Below are positions 42,082 to 52,708 of a stretch of DNA of 64,000 bases, one piece after another. The notes below the pieces were generated by a model. It saw only the letters and a list, made by a program, of their open reading frames with translations, did not search any database and was not told the origin of the DNA. How positions within the stretch are numbered: the stretch's first letter is position 1; the number at the start of each line of letters is the position of its first letter. The stretch covers positions 64,001 through 128,000 of the forward strand of contig JALHMH010000007.1 in the NCBI GenBank assembly GCA_022844165.1, written 5' to 3'. This DNA comes from Lysobacterales bacterium. Lineage in GTDB: Bacteria; Pseudomonadota; Gammaproteobacteria; Xanthomonadales; SZUA-5. A program made the translations under genes and the position numbers.

Positions 42082-42339
42082 ATGCGTACTACACTCACCT
42101 TGGACGACGACCTGGCGTCGAGACTTGAGCTGCTTGCGCAGAAACGCGGCGTCAGTCTGAAACAGGTCGTGAATGAGACGATTCGCAAAGGCCTGCCGCG
42201 GCCGACCCGGCGCATCTTGGATTTGCCCTCATTCGACTGCGGTGGACCATTGCCGGGCATCAATCTGGACAAAGCCAACGAACTTAGCGGAATGCTGGAG
42301 GACGAAGCGATTCGCCAGAAGATGCTGGTTGGAAAATGA
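42082..42339 (+). CDS. vapB: VapB-type antitoxin (ribbon-helix-helix)
   Basis: MRTTLTLDDDL..SLKQVVNETIRKGL; ATGA overlap with the PIN gene. Confidence 0.85.
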   Translation: MRTTLTLDDDLASRLELLAQKRGVSLKQVVNETIRKGLPRPTRRILDLPSFDCGGPLPGINLDKANELSGMLEDEAIRQKMLVGK

Positions 42340-42655
42340 TCGTCCTCGATACCAATGTGCTGTTGTATGCGGTGGACAAACGGTCCGGTCGGTACGAGCA
42401 AGTGCGCTCATGGATGCAGCGAATGCTCGATGGAGGCGAAACTTTCGGCTTGCCGTGGATTTGCATTGTGGGTTTCGTTCGAATTTCGACGCTACCCAGC
42501 GTGCTCGCGCAGCCACTGACTGTAGAGCAATCGCCAAGAACCTTACGACCGATGCGCATATCGCGGCCGTAGCGCTTGCCCACGGAGGGCGAGTTGCCAG
42601 TTTCGATCGCGACTTTTTGCGCTTTGAAGGTATCCAACTCATCGTGCCGGAGTAA
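42336..42655 (+). pseudogene. vapC: VapC PIN toxin with an internal deletion and frameshift near 42530
   Basis: N half MIVLDTNVLLYA..GFVRIST..PLTVEQ and C half NLTTDAHIAAVA..SFDRDFLRFEG are in different frames, and the central helices are missing. Confidence 0.82.
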
Positions 42656-42658
42656 ACC

Positions 42659-44095
42659 ATGTCATTGCGCGACACCTACCCGTACTTCCTCGCCAATCGC
42701 GCCGTATACGCCAACACTGATCTTGAGGTCACCGACAAATACACCGGCGCGGTCGCGACGCGGGTTGCGCAGGCAGACAGCAAGGCGATTCTCGAAGGCA
42801 TTGCTGCCGCCGTAGCTGCACAAAAAGCGCTCGCGGACTTTCGCCCGTATCAACGCAAAGCGGTACTCGAACATTGCGTCAGGCGCTTCAAGGAGCGCTT
42901 CGACGAAATGGCGATGGCACTGTGCATCGAAGCCGGCAAGCCGATCAAGGATTCGCGCGGCGAAGTGTCGCGTTTGATCGATACCTTTCAGGTTGGCGCC
43001 GAAGAAGCCGTGCGCATCGATGGCGAGGTCATGAACCTCGAAATTTCGGCGCGCGCGCGTGGCTATCGGGGCTTCTGGAAGCGCGTGCCGATCGGACCGT
43101 GCTCGCTGATTTCGCCGTTCAATTTCCCGCTGAATCTGGCGGCACACAAGATCGCGCCAGCGATCGCCGCCGGCTGCCCGTGGGTCATGAAACCCGCAAG
43201 CCGCACGCCGATTGGTGCGCTGATCATCGGCGAGGTGCTGGCCGAGACCGATCTTCCGATCGGGGCGTTTTCGATTCTGCCCTGCCACCGCGATGGCGCG
43301 GATTTGTTTACGGTCGACGAGCGCTTCAAACTGCTGTCGTTTACCGGATCACCCGGCGTTGGCTGGGATTTGAAGGCGCGCGCTGGCAAGAAGAAAGTCG
43401 TCCTTGAACTCGGTGGCAACGCTGCGTGCGTGGTCGACGAAGACCAGGGCCATCGCCTCGATCACATCGCCGAACGACTGGTGTTTGGCGCTTATTATCA
43501 ATCCGGCCAGAGCTGCATCAGCGTGCAGCGCATCTTGATCCACCGCTCGTTGTACGCGCCGCTGCGCGAGAAACTCATCGAGCGCGTGAGCGCCCTCGTG
43601 CACGGCGATCCAAAAAACGAAGACACGTTCATCGGCCCTATGATCTCCGAGAGCGAGGCCAAACGCCTGCACGGCTGGGTACAGGCCGCAAAGGCTGCGG
43701 GCGCCACGATTCTGTGCGGCGGCGAACGCAACGGCGCGATGCTGCAGGCAGCGCTGATTGAAGGCGCGAATCCCAAGATGGACGTCAGTTGCCAGGAAGC
43801 CTTTGGCCCCGTGGCGATGATCGAGCCGTTCGACGACTTCGACCATGCGCTGGAACGCGTCGACGACTCGATGTTCGGTCTGCAAGCCGGCATCTTTACC
43901 GACTCGATGAGCCGCTCGATGAGGGCCTGGGACACGCTCGACGTCGGCGGCGTGGTGATCGGCGATGTACCGTCGTGGCGCGTCGACAACATGCCATACG
44001 GCGGCGTCAAAGACTCCGGCTTGGGGCGTGAAGGGGTGCGTTATGCGATCGAGGACATGACCGAGATTCGCCTGATGGTGGTGCGCGATCCGTGA
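42659..44095 (+). CDS. Aldehyde dehydrogenase family protein
   Basis: ISPFNFPLNL, FTGS, LELGGN, GQSCISVQR, EAFGP, PYGGVKDSGLGREG. Confidence 0.95.
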   Translation: MSLRDTYPYFLANRAVYANTDLEVTDKYTGAVATRVAQADSKAILEGIAAAVAAQKALADFRPYQRKAVLEHCVRRFKERFDEMAMALCIEAGKPIKDSRGEVSRLIDTFQVGAEEAVRIDGEVMNLEISARARGYRGFWKRVPIGPCSLISPFNFPLNLAAHKIAPAIAAGCPWVMKPASRTPIGALIIGEVLAETDLPIGAFSILPCHRDGADLFTVDERFKLLSFTGSPGVGWDLKARAGKKKVVLELGGNAACVVDEDQGHRLDHIAERLVFGAYYQSGQSCISVQRILIHRSLYAPLREKLIERVSALVHGDPKNEDTFIGPMISESEAKRLHGWVQAAKAAGATILCGGERNGAMLQAALIEGANPKMDVSCQEAFGPVAMIEPFDDFDHALERVDDSMFGLQAGIFTDSMSRSMRAWDTLDVGGVVIGDVPSWRVDNMPYGGVKDSGLGREGVRYAIEDMTEIRLMVVRDP

Positions 44096-44128
44096 TTTGC
44101 GACTCGCGCCAAGCGCGAGAGCGCCACG

Positions 44129-44611
44129 TCAGAGCCGCTGCAAACCTTCCATGATCAAACGCACCGCGTCGCGCCGGAGTTCGGCGCGAATGGTGTCTTC
44201 TTCCTGGGCCGCACCGATGGCTTGTTGCTCGTCGAAGCTGTAGATGCGCGAGAGCGCGATCGGCGTGTCGGGAATCAAGGTCGTGCCGTCGGCCGCGAGC
44301 ACGGTATAGACGACCCGATAGTGCAACTCGTATTCGCCAACCTTGGCGCGGTCGTCGAGCGTGATGATGTTGCGCTCGTTTTGTTCTGACACGATCTTAA
44401 GTGTGCTGCCGCCGCTGCCAAGCCGGGCGCCAGCGCTGGTCAGGTCGTTTTCAATGGCGATGACCAGTGGAGAGGCCGAATCGCCTGCAATCGCAACCGT
44501 GCCCAGTGCAGCAGGCAGCGGCACGGCCTGGCGCAAAGTGAAACCGCAACCGCCGGACACCAGAGCGGCGGCAAGTACGACAGCGAAGCGTGGGCTCATG
44601 CGCATATTCAA
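44129..44611 (-). CDS. lptE: LPS assembly lipoprotein LptE
   Basis: Lipobox ..GGCGFTLR; directly downstream of leuS. Confidence 0.88.
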   Translation of the reverse strand: MNMRMSPRFAVVLAAALVSGGCGFTLRQAVPLPAALGTVAIAGDSASPLVIAIENDLTSAGARLGSGGSTLKIVSEQNERNIITLDDRAKVGEYELHYRVVYTVLAADGTTLIPDTPIALSRIYSFDEQQAIGAAQEEDTIRAELRRDAVRLIMEGLQRL

Positions 44612-47184
44612 TCGCTGACAACAATGTTGACGAGTTTATCCGGCACGACGATGAATTTGCGTACGGTTTTGCCGTCCGTGAACCTCACGACATCGCTATC
44701 GGCGAATGCCAACGGCCGCAACACATCTTCGCCACTGCCCGGCGCGACTTCGATGCGCCCGCGCAATTTGCCGTTGACCTGCACCACCACGGTCACCAGG
44801 TCGCGCACCAGCGCGGCAGGATCGGCAACTGGAAAGGCTTTGGATTCCAGCAACTCCTCCGGGTGTCCCAAGCGTTGCCAGAGCGCGTGAGACAAGTGCG
44901 GCGTGATCGGATTGAGCATCAACGCAATTGCTTCCCACGCTTCCTTCAGCACGCTCCGTGAGGCCGGACCGGCGGGCACAAACTTGCTGATCGCATTGCT
45001 CAACTCCATCACCTTCGCGATAGCCGTGTTAAAGGTATAGCGCGCGCCGATGTCGCGGTTCACGCCGTCGATGGTCTGGTGCAACTTCGCGCGTAAGGCC
45101 TTGTCCTCGGCCTGCAAAGCAGCGACGTCGAGCGCTGGCGCTGCACCGCCGGCCACAAACTCGCCCGCCATCCGCCAAATGCGGCGCAGAAATCGCGCCA
45201 TGCCTTCGACACCAGCCTGACTCCATTCCAGTTGCTGATCGGGCGGCGCGGCGAACATCGAAAACAGGCGCACGGTGTCAGCGCCGTACTCGTCGATCAG
45301 CGCTTGCGGGTCGACACCGTTGTTTTTGCTCTTGCTCATTTTTTCGACTGCGCCTATCGCCACCGGCGCGCCATCGATCTTGGCTTTGGCTCCCGCCATT
45401 CGACCATGCGCATCGCGCTCAACATCGACCTCGGCAGGATTGAAGTATTGCTTCTTGCCGTCGACCTCGCGGTAGAACGTCTCTGCGACCACCATGCCCT
45501 GGCACAACAAATTGATCGCCGGCTCATCTGAGGTGACGTAGCCGCAATCGCGCATCACTTTGTGCCAGAACCGGAAGTACAGCAAGTGCATGACCGCATG
45601 CTCGATGCCACCGATGTAAAGATCGATCGGCAGCCAGTAGTTGGCACGCTGATCGAGCATCGTGTGCGCGCCGGGGCAGGTGTAACGCGCGTAGTACCAA
45701 CTCGATTGCACGAAGGTGTCGAAGGTGTCGGTTTCGCGCCGCGCCGGAGCACCATCGATCGGATCGACAGTCTCGTAAAACGAAGGCATCGACTTGATCG
45801 GCGATGCGACACCATCGAAGCGCACATCCTCCGGCAATACCACCGGCAGCAGATCGCCCGGCACCGGCACTGCATCGCCGTTGTCGCGATAGATCATCGG
45901 AATGGGCGCGCCCCAATAGCGCTGGCGCGACACGCCCCAATCGCGCAGGCGGAAATTGACCTTGCGCTTGCCGCGGCCCTCGTGTTCCAGCTTCAGTGCA
46001 AGTGTGTCGAAGGCATCGTGGTAGCTCTTGCCATCAAGCAAGGGACCAGAGTTGATGCAGATACCTTTGTCGGTCGTCGCCGCGTTGTCCATCGATTTGC
46101 CGCTGTCGATGACGATGCGAATCGGCAAACCGTACTTGCCGGCGAATTCGTAGTCGCGCTGATCGTGTCCGGGCACTGCCATCACTGCTCCGGTACCGTA
46201 TCCCATCAGCACGAAATTGGCAGCGTACACCGGCAGCCGTTCGCCGCTGATCGGATGGATTGCGTCGATGCCGAGCGGCACCCCTTTTTTCTCCATCGTT
46301 TCAACCGCGGCCTCTGCGACTGCCGCATGCCGGCACTGCTCGATGAATGCCGCCAGTTCGGCATTCTGCACTGCCGCTTTGTGCGCCAGCGGATGCTCGG
46401 CAGCGACGGAGATGAAGGTCACGCCCATCAATGTATCCGGACGCGTGGTGTACACCGTCAGCGGCGCTTCGCCGTCCACCGCGAAGTCGATTTCCAAACC
46501 TTCGGAGCGTCCGATCCAGTTGCGCTGCATGGTCTTGACCGAATCCGGCCAACCGTTCATCTCATCGAGATTGCCAAGCAACTCATCGGCGTAATCGGTG
46601 ATCTTGAAAAACCACTGCGGGATTTCGCGGCGCTCGACGATGGCACCGGAGCGCCAGCCGCGGCCATTCTCGACCTGCTCATTGGCCAGCACTGTCTGGT
46701 CGACCGGATCCCAATTGACCACCGAGTTTTTGCGGTAGACCAGACCCTTCGCGAACAACTCCGTGAAAAAACGCTGCTCGTGCTGGTAATACTCGGGCTT
46801 GCACGTGGTCACTTCTCGCGACCAGTCGTACGCAAAGCCCAAGGCCTGCAATTGCCGCTTCATATTGGCGATGTTGGCGTAGGTCCATTGTGCTGGCGGA
46901 ACGCCGCGCGAGATCGCCGCGTTTTCTGCCGGCAAACCGAATGCGTCCCAGCCCATCGGTTGCAACACGTTCTTGCCTTTCATGCGCTGGTAGCGCGAAA
47001 CCACATCACCGATGGTGTAGTTGCGGACATGACCCATATGCAGCGCACCGGACGGGTACGGCAGCATGCAAAGGCAATAGAACTTCTCTCGCGAAGGATC
47101 TTCTACGACTTCAAAGGCGCGTGTTCGCGCCCAGAAGTCCTGGGCACCGGCCTCGATCGATCGGGCGTCGTACTGCTCTTGCAT
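44608..47184 (-). CDS. leuS: Leucine--tRNA ligase
   Basis: [26 protein letters not shown] editing domain, [18 protein letters not shown]. Confidence 0.98.
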   Translation of the reverse strand: MQEQYDARSIEAGAQDFWARTRAFEVVEDPSREKFYCLCMLPYPSGALHMGHVRNYTIGDVVSRYQRMKGKNVLQPMGWDAFGLPAENAAISRGVPPAQWTYANIANMKRQLQALGFAYDWSREVTTCKPEYYQHEQRFFTELFAKGLVYRKNSVVNWDPVDQTVLANEQVENGRGWRSGAIVERREIPQWFFKITDYADELLGNLDEMNGWPDSVKTMQRNWIGRSEGLEIDFAVDGEAPLTVYTTRPDTLMGVTFISVAAEHPLAHKAAVQNAELAAFIEQCRHAAVAEAAVETMEKKGVPLGIDAIHPISGERLPVYAANFVLMGYGTGAVMAVPGHDQRDYEFAGKYGLPIRIVIDSGKSMDNAATTDKGICINSGPLLDGKSYHDAFDTLALKLEHEGRGKRKVNFRLRDWGVSRQRYWGAPIPMIYRDNGDAVPVPGDLLPVVLPEDVRFDGVASPIKSMPSFYETVDPIDGAPARRETDTFDTFVQSSWYYARYTCPGAHTMLDQRANYWLPIDLYIGGIEHAVMHLLYFRFWHKVMRDCGYVTSDEPAINLLCQGMVVAETFYREVDGKKQYFNPAEVDVERDAHGRMAGAKAKIDGAPVAIGAVEKMSKSKNNGVDPQALIDEYGADTVRLFSMFAAPPDQQLEWSQAGVEGMARFLRRIWRMAGEFVAGGAAPALDVAALQAEDKALRAKLHQTIDGVNRDIGARYTFNTAIAKVMELSNAISKFVPAGPASRSVLKEAWEAIALMLNPITPHLSHALWQRLGHPEELLESKAFPVADPAALVRDLVTVVVQVNGKLRGRIEVAPGSGEDVLRPLAFADSDVVRFTDGKTVRKFIVVPDKLVNIVVSD

Positions 47185-47281
47185 GGCGGATCACAACACT
47201 GAAGCGGGCGTCGAAGGCTACCTGCTCACGTTAGTGCAGGAAACCCGTACGCCAAAATCCGTTCGACCAGCAAACCTGGTC

Positions 47282-48328
47282 TTAGGACTTTTGCCTGCCC
47301 GATTCCGTACGCCACAAGGAAAACAGTACGCCACCGACCAGGAGCGAAACTGTGACCGTCAAACTGATCACTGCTGGCACCTTGCCACCGAGCAGAAAGT
47401 GACCAACAAAGATCTTGGCGCCGATGAAGATCAGGATGATCGCCAGCGCATACTTCAAATAATGGAATCGATGCACCATCGCCGACAACGTGAAATACAG
47501 CGTGCGCAAACCGAGAATCGCAAAAATATTGGATGTGTAGACGATGAACGGATCCGAGGTGATGGCAAAAATAGCCGGCACCGAGTCGATCGCAAATACG
47601 AGATCAGCGATCTCGACCAGCACCAGACACAAGAATAACGGCGTTGCGAACAAAACGAGCTGACCGGTGCCTTTGCGGTCGGGAAGGCGCACGAAGAATC
47701 GCTCGCCATGGAGTTGATCGGTGACCCTCAAATGGGTGCGCATGAACCGCAGGAGCTTATTGTTGGCGATGTCAGGTGCTTCATCGCCCATGCGTAACAT
47801 CTTGACGCCGGTATAAATCAAGATCACGGCAAAGAAGTACATGATCCAGGAGAATTTCAACACCAGCGCAGCGCCAATGCCGATCATCAACGCGCGCAAT
47901 ACAATGACGCCGAGGATGCCCCAGAACAACACTCGGTGCTGATAGATGCGCGGTACGGCGAAGTACGACAGGATCATCGAAATGATGAACACGTTGTCCA
48001 TCGCCAAAGCCATTTCAAGCAGGAAACCGGTGAGATAGAGCTGCACTGCGCCCATCGCTCGCGCCTCTGGCGTCGCCGCTTTGGCAAGTTGCTCGTCCAT
48101 CAAACCCGCGGAATCTTGCTGCAAGTAAATGAAGTACACGGCCACGGCCCACCCGAGGCCCAGGCTCAAATACATCGCGGACATCCACAGGCTTTCGCGA
48201 GTGCCGATTTCGTGCGCCTCGCGGTGTAAAACACCCAGATCGAAAACCAGAATCGCCAAAACCACAGCGACAAAGGTCAGCCAGAGCCACAATGGCATTC
48301 CGAGCCAGATCGCTGTCAACCACTCCAT
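47282..48328 (-). CDS. TerC/Alx family membrane protein
   Basis: DLG, LEMALAMDNVF, QHRVLFWGILG, DLVFAIDSVPAIFAIT, YTSNIFAILGLR; start MEWLTAIW. Confidence 0.92.
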   Translation of the reverse strand: MEWLTAIWLGMPLWLWLTFVAVVLAILVFDLGVLHREAHEIGTRESLWMSAMYLSLGLGWAVAVYFIYLQQDSAGLMDEQLAKAATPEARAMGAVQLYLTGFLLEMALAMDNVFIISMILSYFAVPRIYQHRVLFWGILGVIVLRALMIGIGAALVLKFSWIMYFFAVILIYTGVKMLRMGDEAPDIANNKLLRFMRTHLRVTDQLHGERFFVRLPDRKGTGQLVLFATPLFLCLVLVEIADLVFAIDSVPAIFAITSDPFIVYTSNIFAILGLRTLYFTLSAMVHRFHYLKYALAIILIFIGAKIFVGHFLLGGKVPAVISLTVTVSLLVGGVLFSLWRTESGRQKS

Positions 48329-48398
48329 ACGAAGAATCCCTAGCGCAATGTTCCGATCAGCCAGGGCATCGATATCGCCAGCACGTGGCCACTGCGCC

Positions 48399-48465
48399 GC
48401 CCCTCCTGCTATCGACTCCGACATCGCAACGTGTTGCACGTTGCCAGAGGGGCCCGCAGTCGATC
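48399..48465 (-). ncRNA. Candidate pseudoknotted cis-regulatory RNA in the TerC leader
   Basis: P1 AUCGACU/AGUCGAU, P2 GCAACGUG-CAA-CACGUUGC, pseudoknot GCCCCUCUG/CAGGAGGGGC; extended -10 TGcCATAAT immediately upstream (48472-48480). Confidence 0.55.
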
Positions 48466-48578
48466 CGCCAAATTATGGCACTTGTGGGGCGCAGTTGCGA
48501 GACAGGCACAATTAGTCGACACGATGATCGAGCGCGGTGCGCTAAACTTCGGCAATCCGCCGATCGACTCTCCCTGAC

Positions 48579-49466
48579 GTGAGTAAAGACGCTTCACATA
48601 CCGACCGCGCCACGGTCATTGCTGCCCATGAGGCAGAAACGCCGATGCCCCGACCGCCAAGCCTGATCGTCGTCAGTGGCGTTTTTTTGGGACATCAGAT
48701 GGATTTGGGCGCCGACCCGGTGGTCATCGGACGCGCCACAGAAGCCGACCTGAGCCTGCCGCATCCCAGTGTGTCGCGCAGCCATTGCCGCATCTGGCGC
48801 CACGGCGAGTCGTACTTTATTGAAGACCTGGGCGCAACCAACAAGACCTACTTGAATGGCCGTGTGATCGACCGCGCCGAGCTGCGCGACGGCGACCAGA
48901 TCGGCATCGGCAATCACGCGCTCAAGTTTTTCTCAGGCAATAGCCCGGAAGCAAGTTATCACCAGGAATTGATCGAACTGGCAGTGCACGACAGCTTGAC
49001 CGGCTTTTACAATCGCCGCCATTTCCGCACACTCCTGGAAGAGGACGTTGAGCGCGCGCGCGCGGGCGAACCCCTGTCGATGATCATCATCGACCTGGAT
49101 CACTTCAAGCATGTCAATGACAGTTTCGGTCATCTGGTGGGCGATCAGGTTTTAGCCAGCGTCTCTCAGTTGATTCGCGAGTTGTCGCCACAAACGTATC
49201 GGCTGGGGCGCTTGGGCGGTGAGGAGTTCGCTGCTGCACTACCGGGCGTTTCATTCGTCGCAGCAGTCGCTGTCGCGGAGTCGTTTCGTGCTGCGGTCGA
49301 AACTCACCATTTCGACATTCGCGGCCAACGCCACCCGATTACCACCAGCCTGGGCGTCGCGCACTGGGCAAACACGATGTCGGGCAGCGCCGATTTGCTG
49401 CGTCTCGCCGATGAACGCCTTTACCGCGCAAAAGCGAATGGTCGCAACCGGGTCGAATCAAGCTGA
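48579..49466 (+). CDS. FHA-domain diguanylate cyclase
   Basis: FHA IGR..VSRSHC..DLGATNKTYLNG; HDSLTGFYNRR, DLDHFKHVND, GGEEF. Confidence 0.92.
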   Translation: MSKDASHTDRATVIAAHEAETPMPRPPSLIVVSGVFLGHQMDLGADPVVIGRATEADLSLPHPSVSRSHCRIWRHGESYFIEDLGATNKTYLNGRVIDRAELRDGDQIGIGNHALKFFSGNSPEASYHQELIELAVHDSLTGFYNRRHFRTLLEEDVERARAGEPLSMIIIDLDHFKHVNDSFGHLVGDQVLASVSQLIRELSPQTYRLGRLGGEEFAAALPGVSFVAAVAVAESFRAAVETHHFDIRGQRHPITTSLGVAHWANTMSGSADLLRLADERLYRAKANGRNRVESS

Positions 49467-49509
49467 GCTGCCGATCGAGCAGACCCTTTCCCGTCAGTCG
49501 CCGACACCG

Positions 49510-49540
49510 AAAAAAGAACCCCGGCCGAAGCCGGGGTTCT
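49510..49540 (-). terminator. Intrinsic terminator of the large secreted protein gene
   Basis: AGAACCCCGGC-CGAA-GCCGGGGTTCT with an A run on its left side (U tract on the minus strand). Confidence 0.85.
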
Positions 49541-49563
49541 GGTTCACAACGGTCCAACGAAGA

Positions 49564-52500
49564 TCAATCGCTGCGCAAGCTTACGGTGTCCACGCGGAAC
49601 GTCGTTGGCAACGAACTGTCGGTCGACGCCACAAAACGCACTCGCACATTGCGGCCCTTATATGCAGCAACGTTGTAGCTGCGCTGCACGTAGGTGCTGG
49701 CACTCGCGGTCCTGTTGACGTTCGATAGCGTGACCAGCGTCGTGATCACGGCGTTGGTGCCGGCGTCGACCAGCTGCACCTGCAAACGATCATAGACCGT
49801 GGAGGTTGTGGTCTCGCTGGTCACGATGGACGTATAGAACGACAACGTCGCCTGGGTGCCACCGGTGGGAATCAACGTCGGCGCACTCTGTACCGTCTGG
49901 CCGGCGCTGTTGTTGACGCCCAAATAGGCGTACGTGCCGCCACTTTGCGCATTCGTTTGACCCGCCAGGAGCGTATTGAACGATGTCCCCGTGACAGCCG
50001 AACGCGCCCAGGATCCATCTGGCGCAGTGTTCGTACTGGCGGTGATCGAGTCGAACGTACCATTGACCAGTCGCTCGACAACCGTGCCGCCGCCACCGCC
50101 CGTGGTCCACGATGCCGTGATTGTGAAATTCACCGTGCCCGTCGCGTAGCCGTAAACCCGCGCAAAGTACGTTCCCGCGCTGGGGCTGGCGACCGTGCAG
50201 CTTTCGTTGCCGCTGCCGGTGTATGGACGGCAGTCGTAAGTGGTGAGCGTCGGCGCCGAACCAAAGCGCGTGTACAAATCGACATCGCCCGAGGCGCCGC
50301 TGGTGGCGATCACCAGATTGCTCGCACCGGACGGTACGGCGATCGTGTAATCGACGAAACTCGAGTTGGCCGACGTGGAGTTGGTTGAGCCGGCGACACC
50401 TACGCCGTTGCTGAGCGCGTTCCCGCCGCCCGTGTTCTGCGTACCAGTGAAGTTACGTCCCGTCAGGTTGGCGCCGCTGACGGTGGCCGACAGACTGGTC
50501 GGGCTAAAGGTGTAACCGGACAGCGAAGGTGTCAACGTGTATGTACCATTGGCCAGGTTGGCGATGGTGTAGTCGCCGCTGCTGTTGGTCGTGGCGCTGG
50601 CCGCACCGGACGAAACCGTCACGCCTGAAATGCCTGCACCGCCGCTGGTTGCGACACGACCAGAAATACTGAACGTCGTGACCACCGCCGTGCCGGTGAA
50701 GTTCTGCGCGGTGACGTTGGCGCTGGTAATCGACACGCTGCGGCTGGTCGGACTAAACGTGAAACCACTGGCGCTCGGGGTGACAGTGTAATTTCCGGCC
50801 ACGAGATTACCGATCGAGTAGTTGCCACTGCCGTCAGTGGTTGTGCTGGCAGAACCCGCAGACACCGTCACGCCACTGATGCCCGCACCGCCGCTCGTTG
50901 TGACTTGACCAGATATCGCATATGTCGTTGTGGTGCCGCCGCAACTCGGGAATTTGAAGTCGCGAATGCGCGTTGCCCAGGCACTGGCCGGCCGGTACAT
51001 GCCCACCGTCCAGAACGTGCAGTCATCGGCTGGATCGACCACGGTTTGATGGTAGTCGCCCCATCGACCCGAGGACTCGACAGCGGTACCGGTCGCGATT
51101 TCCGTTTCGCCCTGGCTCATGACGCCCAGGGTATCGGTCGCCAGCCGGCCGGTGTAACGCAGCGATGCGAACACGGTCGGCGTCGTCGTCTTGGTCACGT
51201 TGTAGCTCATGCCGATGTTGCCCTGGCGGTCTGTCGCCAATGCGCCAATCAAATGGTGCGTGCTGCTGTCGCCTGGCGAGAAGGTACCTTCCTGGTGCAG
51301 GGTGAAGTTGCCGGTGCCGCCGGAGCGACGCAGTTCGAACCAGCGAATGCCCGCGTCGACAACGGTGCCCGTGCGTGCACTGTTTTGGTTGGTCGCAAAA
51401 TTGCCAACAACAGACTCGATGCCGCCACCCAGATTGCGATACACCATCGAATTCAAGATGACTTCGCGGATCGGGTCGAGGCGTGCTGTTGTGGAACTCG
51501 GTTGCGGCACGGAAGCGAAAGTCGAATAGTCGCGGAACCAGGAGTTGAACTCGGTGATCTGGATTTGCGGCGACGTGCTGATGTTGCTGTTCGCAGGCGT
51601 GTTCCAGTCCAGATTCAGCGCGAACATCTGGATGAAGTCGGCACTCAGGTTTGCGCCCGTGCCGGCGTGCGCTTCGTCGTCATAGTGGCGCGCCAGGATG
51701 ATCGGCATGCCGGACGGTGGCGGATTGGTGCTGCTACCCATGAAGGTTGCGGGCGTCAGCGCCTGAAAGCCATAGCCCGAGAGTTTGGCGACGCTCGTGA
51801 AACGTTGTGCGGGTCGTGCGGTAGCGCCGTTCAACATATTGGCGCGGTCGAACGCGTAGACCTTGGCGCCGGTACCACTTTCGTTGGTCGTGCACACATA
51901 GGCATTGTGCCACACCGAGCAATGTGGATAGTCGGGAAGCGCTGGCGTTGCAAAGCCATAGAACCACCAGCCGCCGGACACCGGATTGTCGGTCTTCGAT
52001 ACGTACACGCACAGGCGATTAGCGCTCGATGACCCGCCCATTTCCAGCATGAACCAACGATTCGCCAGCCGGTCCCAATGAATGATCGGATCAGAGACAG
52101 AGGTTGCGCAGGGATCGCCCGCCGGGGCCAACGTACGGAATGCCGTCGGGCCAGACAGCAGCGTTCCCGTTTTGTTGTACACGCGGAAACTGGTGCCGGA
52201 CGACCCGTTGATGCCGTACAAAATGTAATTCGCGTTGACTTCGACCACGGGATCGCCCGGGCTCACGCCAGTGCTGCTGTTATCGATGCTGACGCGGGGC
52301 AGGCTGTTGATCACGCTGGGTGCGCGACTGTTGCCGTCGTACCATGCTTGCGCTTCTGCAAGAAGATCAGGTGCTGTGACCCATTCGGGTGGTGTATGCG
52401 GATCACGCGCGTCGAGCGGATAGTATACGCGACGCTGCGCTTCCTTGACCGGGTCGCCGGGCTGCCATTCGGGCGTTGTCGGCAGATTTCGCAAATCGAC

Positions 52501-52641
52501 GTCGATGCTGACGGGCGTCACCGGCTCGCCGATCTGCACGCCACCACTGCCGCCGCCGCCACCGCCAACCAGCTGCGCGTTCGCACTCAATGCGGTCAGC
52601 GCGAGAGCGGCAACAAGGCCCAATTGTCTGTTGAGTTTCAC
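49564..52641 (-). CDS. Large secreted protein: uncharacterised N-terminal domain, two carboxypeptidase-regulatory-like repeats, PPC domain and C-terminal beta-sandwich
   Basis: Signal peptide ending ANA-Q; repeats ISG.V.TSGGAGISGVTVS...YT.TPS.SG.TFSP; PPC DVDLYTRFGSAPT..YDCRPY..GNESC; GTG start with GGGGA RBS. Confidence 0.82.
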   Translation of the reverse strand: MKLNRQLGLVAALALTALSANAQLVGGGGGGSGGVQIGEPVTPVSIDVDLRNLPTTPEWQPGDPVKEAQRRVYYPLDARDPHTPPEWVTAPDLLAEAQAWYDGNSRAPSVINSLPRVSIDNSSTGVSPGDPVVEVNANYILYGINGSSGTSFRVYNKTGTLLSGPTAFRTLAPAGDPCATSVSDPIIHWDRLANRWFMLEMGGSSSANRLCVYVSKTDNPVSGGWWFYGFATPALPDYPHCSVWHNAYVCTTNESGTGAKVYAFDRANMLNGATARPAQRFTSVAKLSGYGFQALTPATFMGSSTNPPPSGMPIILARHYDDEAHAGTGANLSADFIQMFALNLDWNTPANSNISTSPQIQITEFNSWFRDYSTFASVPQPSSTTARLDPIREVILNSMVYRNLGGGIESVVGNFATNQNSARTGTVVDAGIRWFELRRSGGTGNFTLHQEGTFSPGDSSTHHLIGALATDRQGNIGMSYNVTKTTTPTVFASLRYTGRLATDTLGVMSQGETEIATGTAVESSGRWGDYHQTVVDPADDCTFWTVGMYRPASAWATRIRDFKFPSCGGTTTTYAISGQVTTSGGAGISGVTVSAGSASTTTDGSGNYSIGNLVAGNYTVTPSASGFTFSPTSRSVSITSANVTAQNFTGTAVVTTFSISGRVATSGGAGISGVTVSSGAASATTNSSGDYTIANLANGTYTLTPSLSGYTFSPTSLSATVSGANLTGRNFTGTQNTGGGNALSNGVGVAGSTNSTSANSSFVDYTIAVPSGASNLVIATSGASGDVDLYTRFGSAPTLTTYDCRPYTGSGNESCTVASPSAGTYFARVYGYATGTVNFTITASWTTGGGGGTVVERLVNGTFDSITASTNTAPDGSWARSAVTGTSFNTLLAGQTNAQSGGTYAYLGVNNSAGQTVQSAPTLIPTGGTQATLSFYTSIVTSETTTSTVYDRLQVQLVDAGTNAVITTLVTLSNVNRTASASTYVQRSYNVAAYKGRNVRVRFVASTDSSLPTTFRVDTVSLRSD

Positions 52642-52708
52642 GTATCGATTCCCCAATCCAAAGAATGAACGAACACCGCTCAACCCCTCGAGCGGCGATC
52701 CCTGCGAG

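Noticed and set aside
48329-48480. yybP-ykoY Mn riboswitch upstream of TerC
   Set aside because: Conserved GGGGAGUA and GAGACC elements not found; a different structure is reported instead
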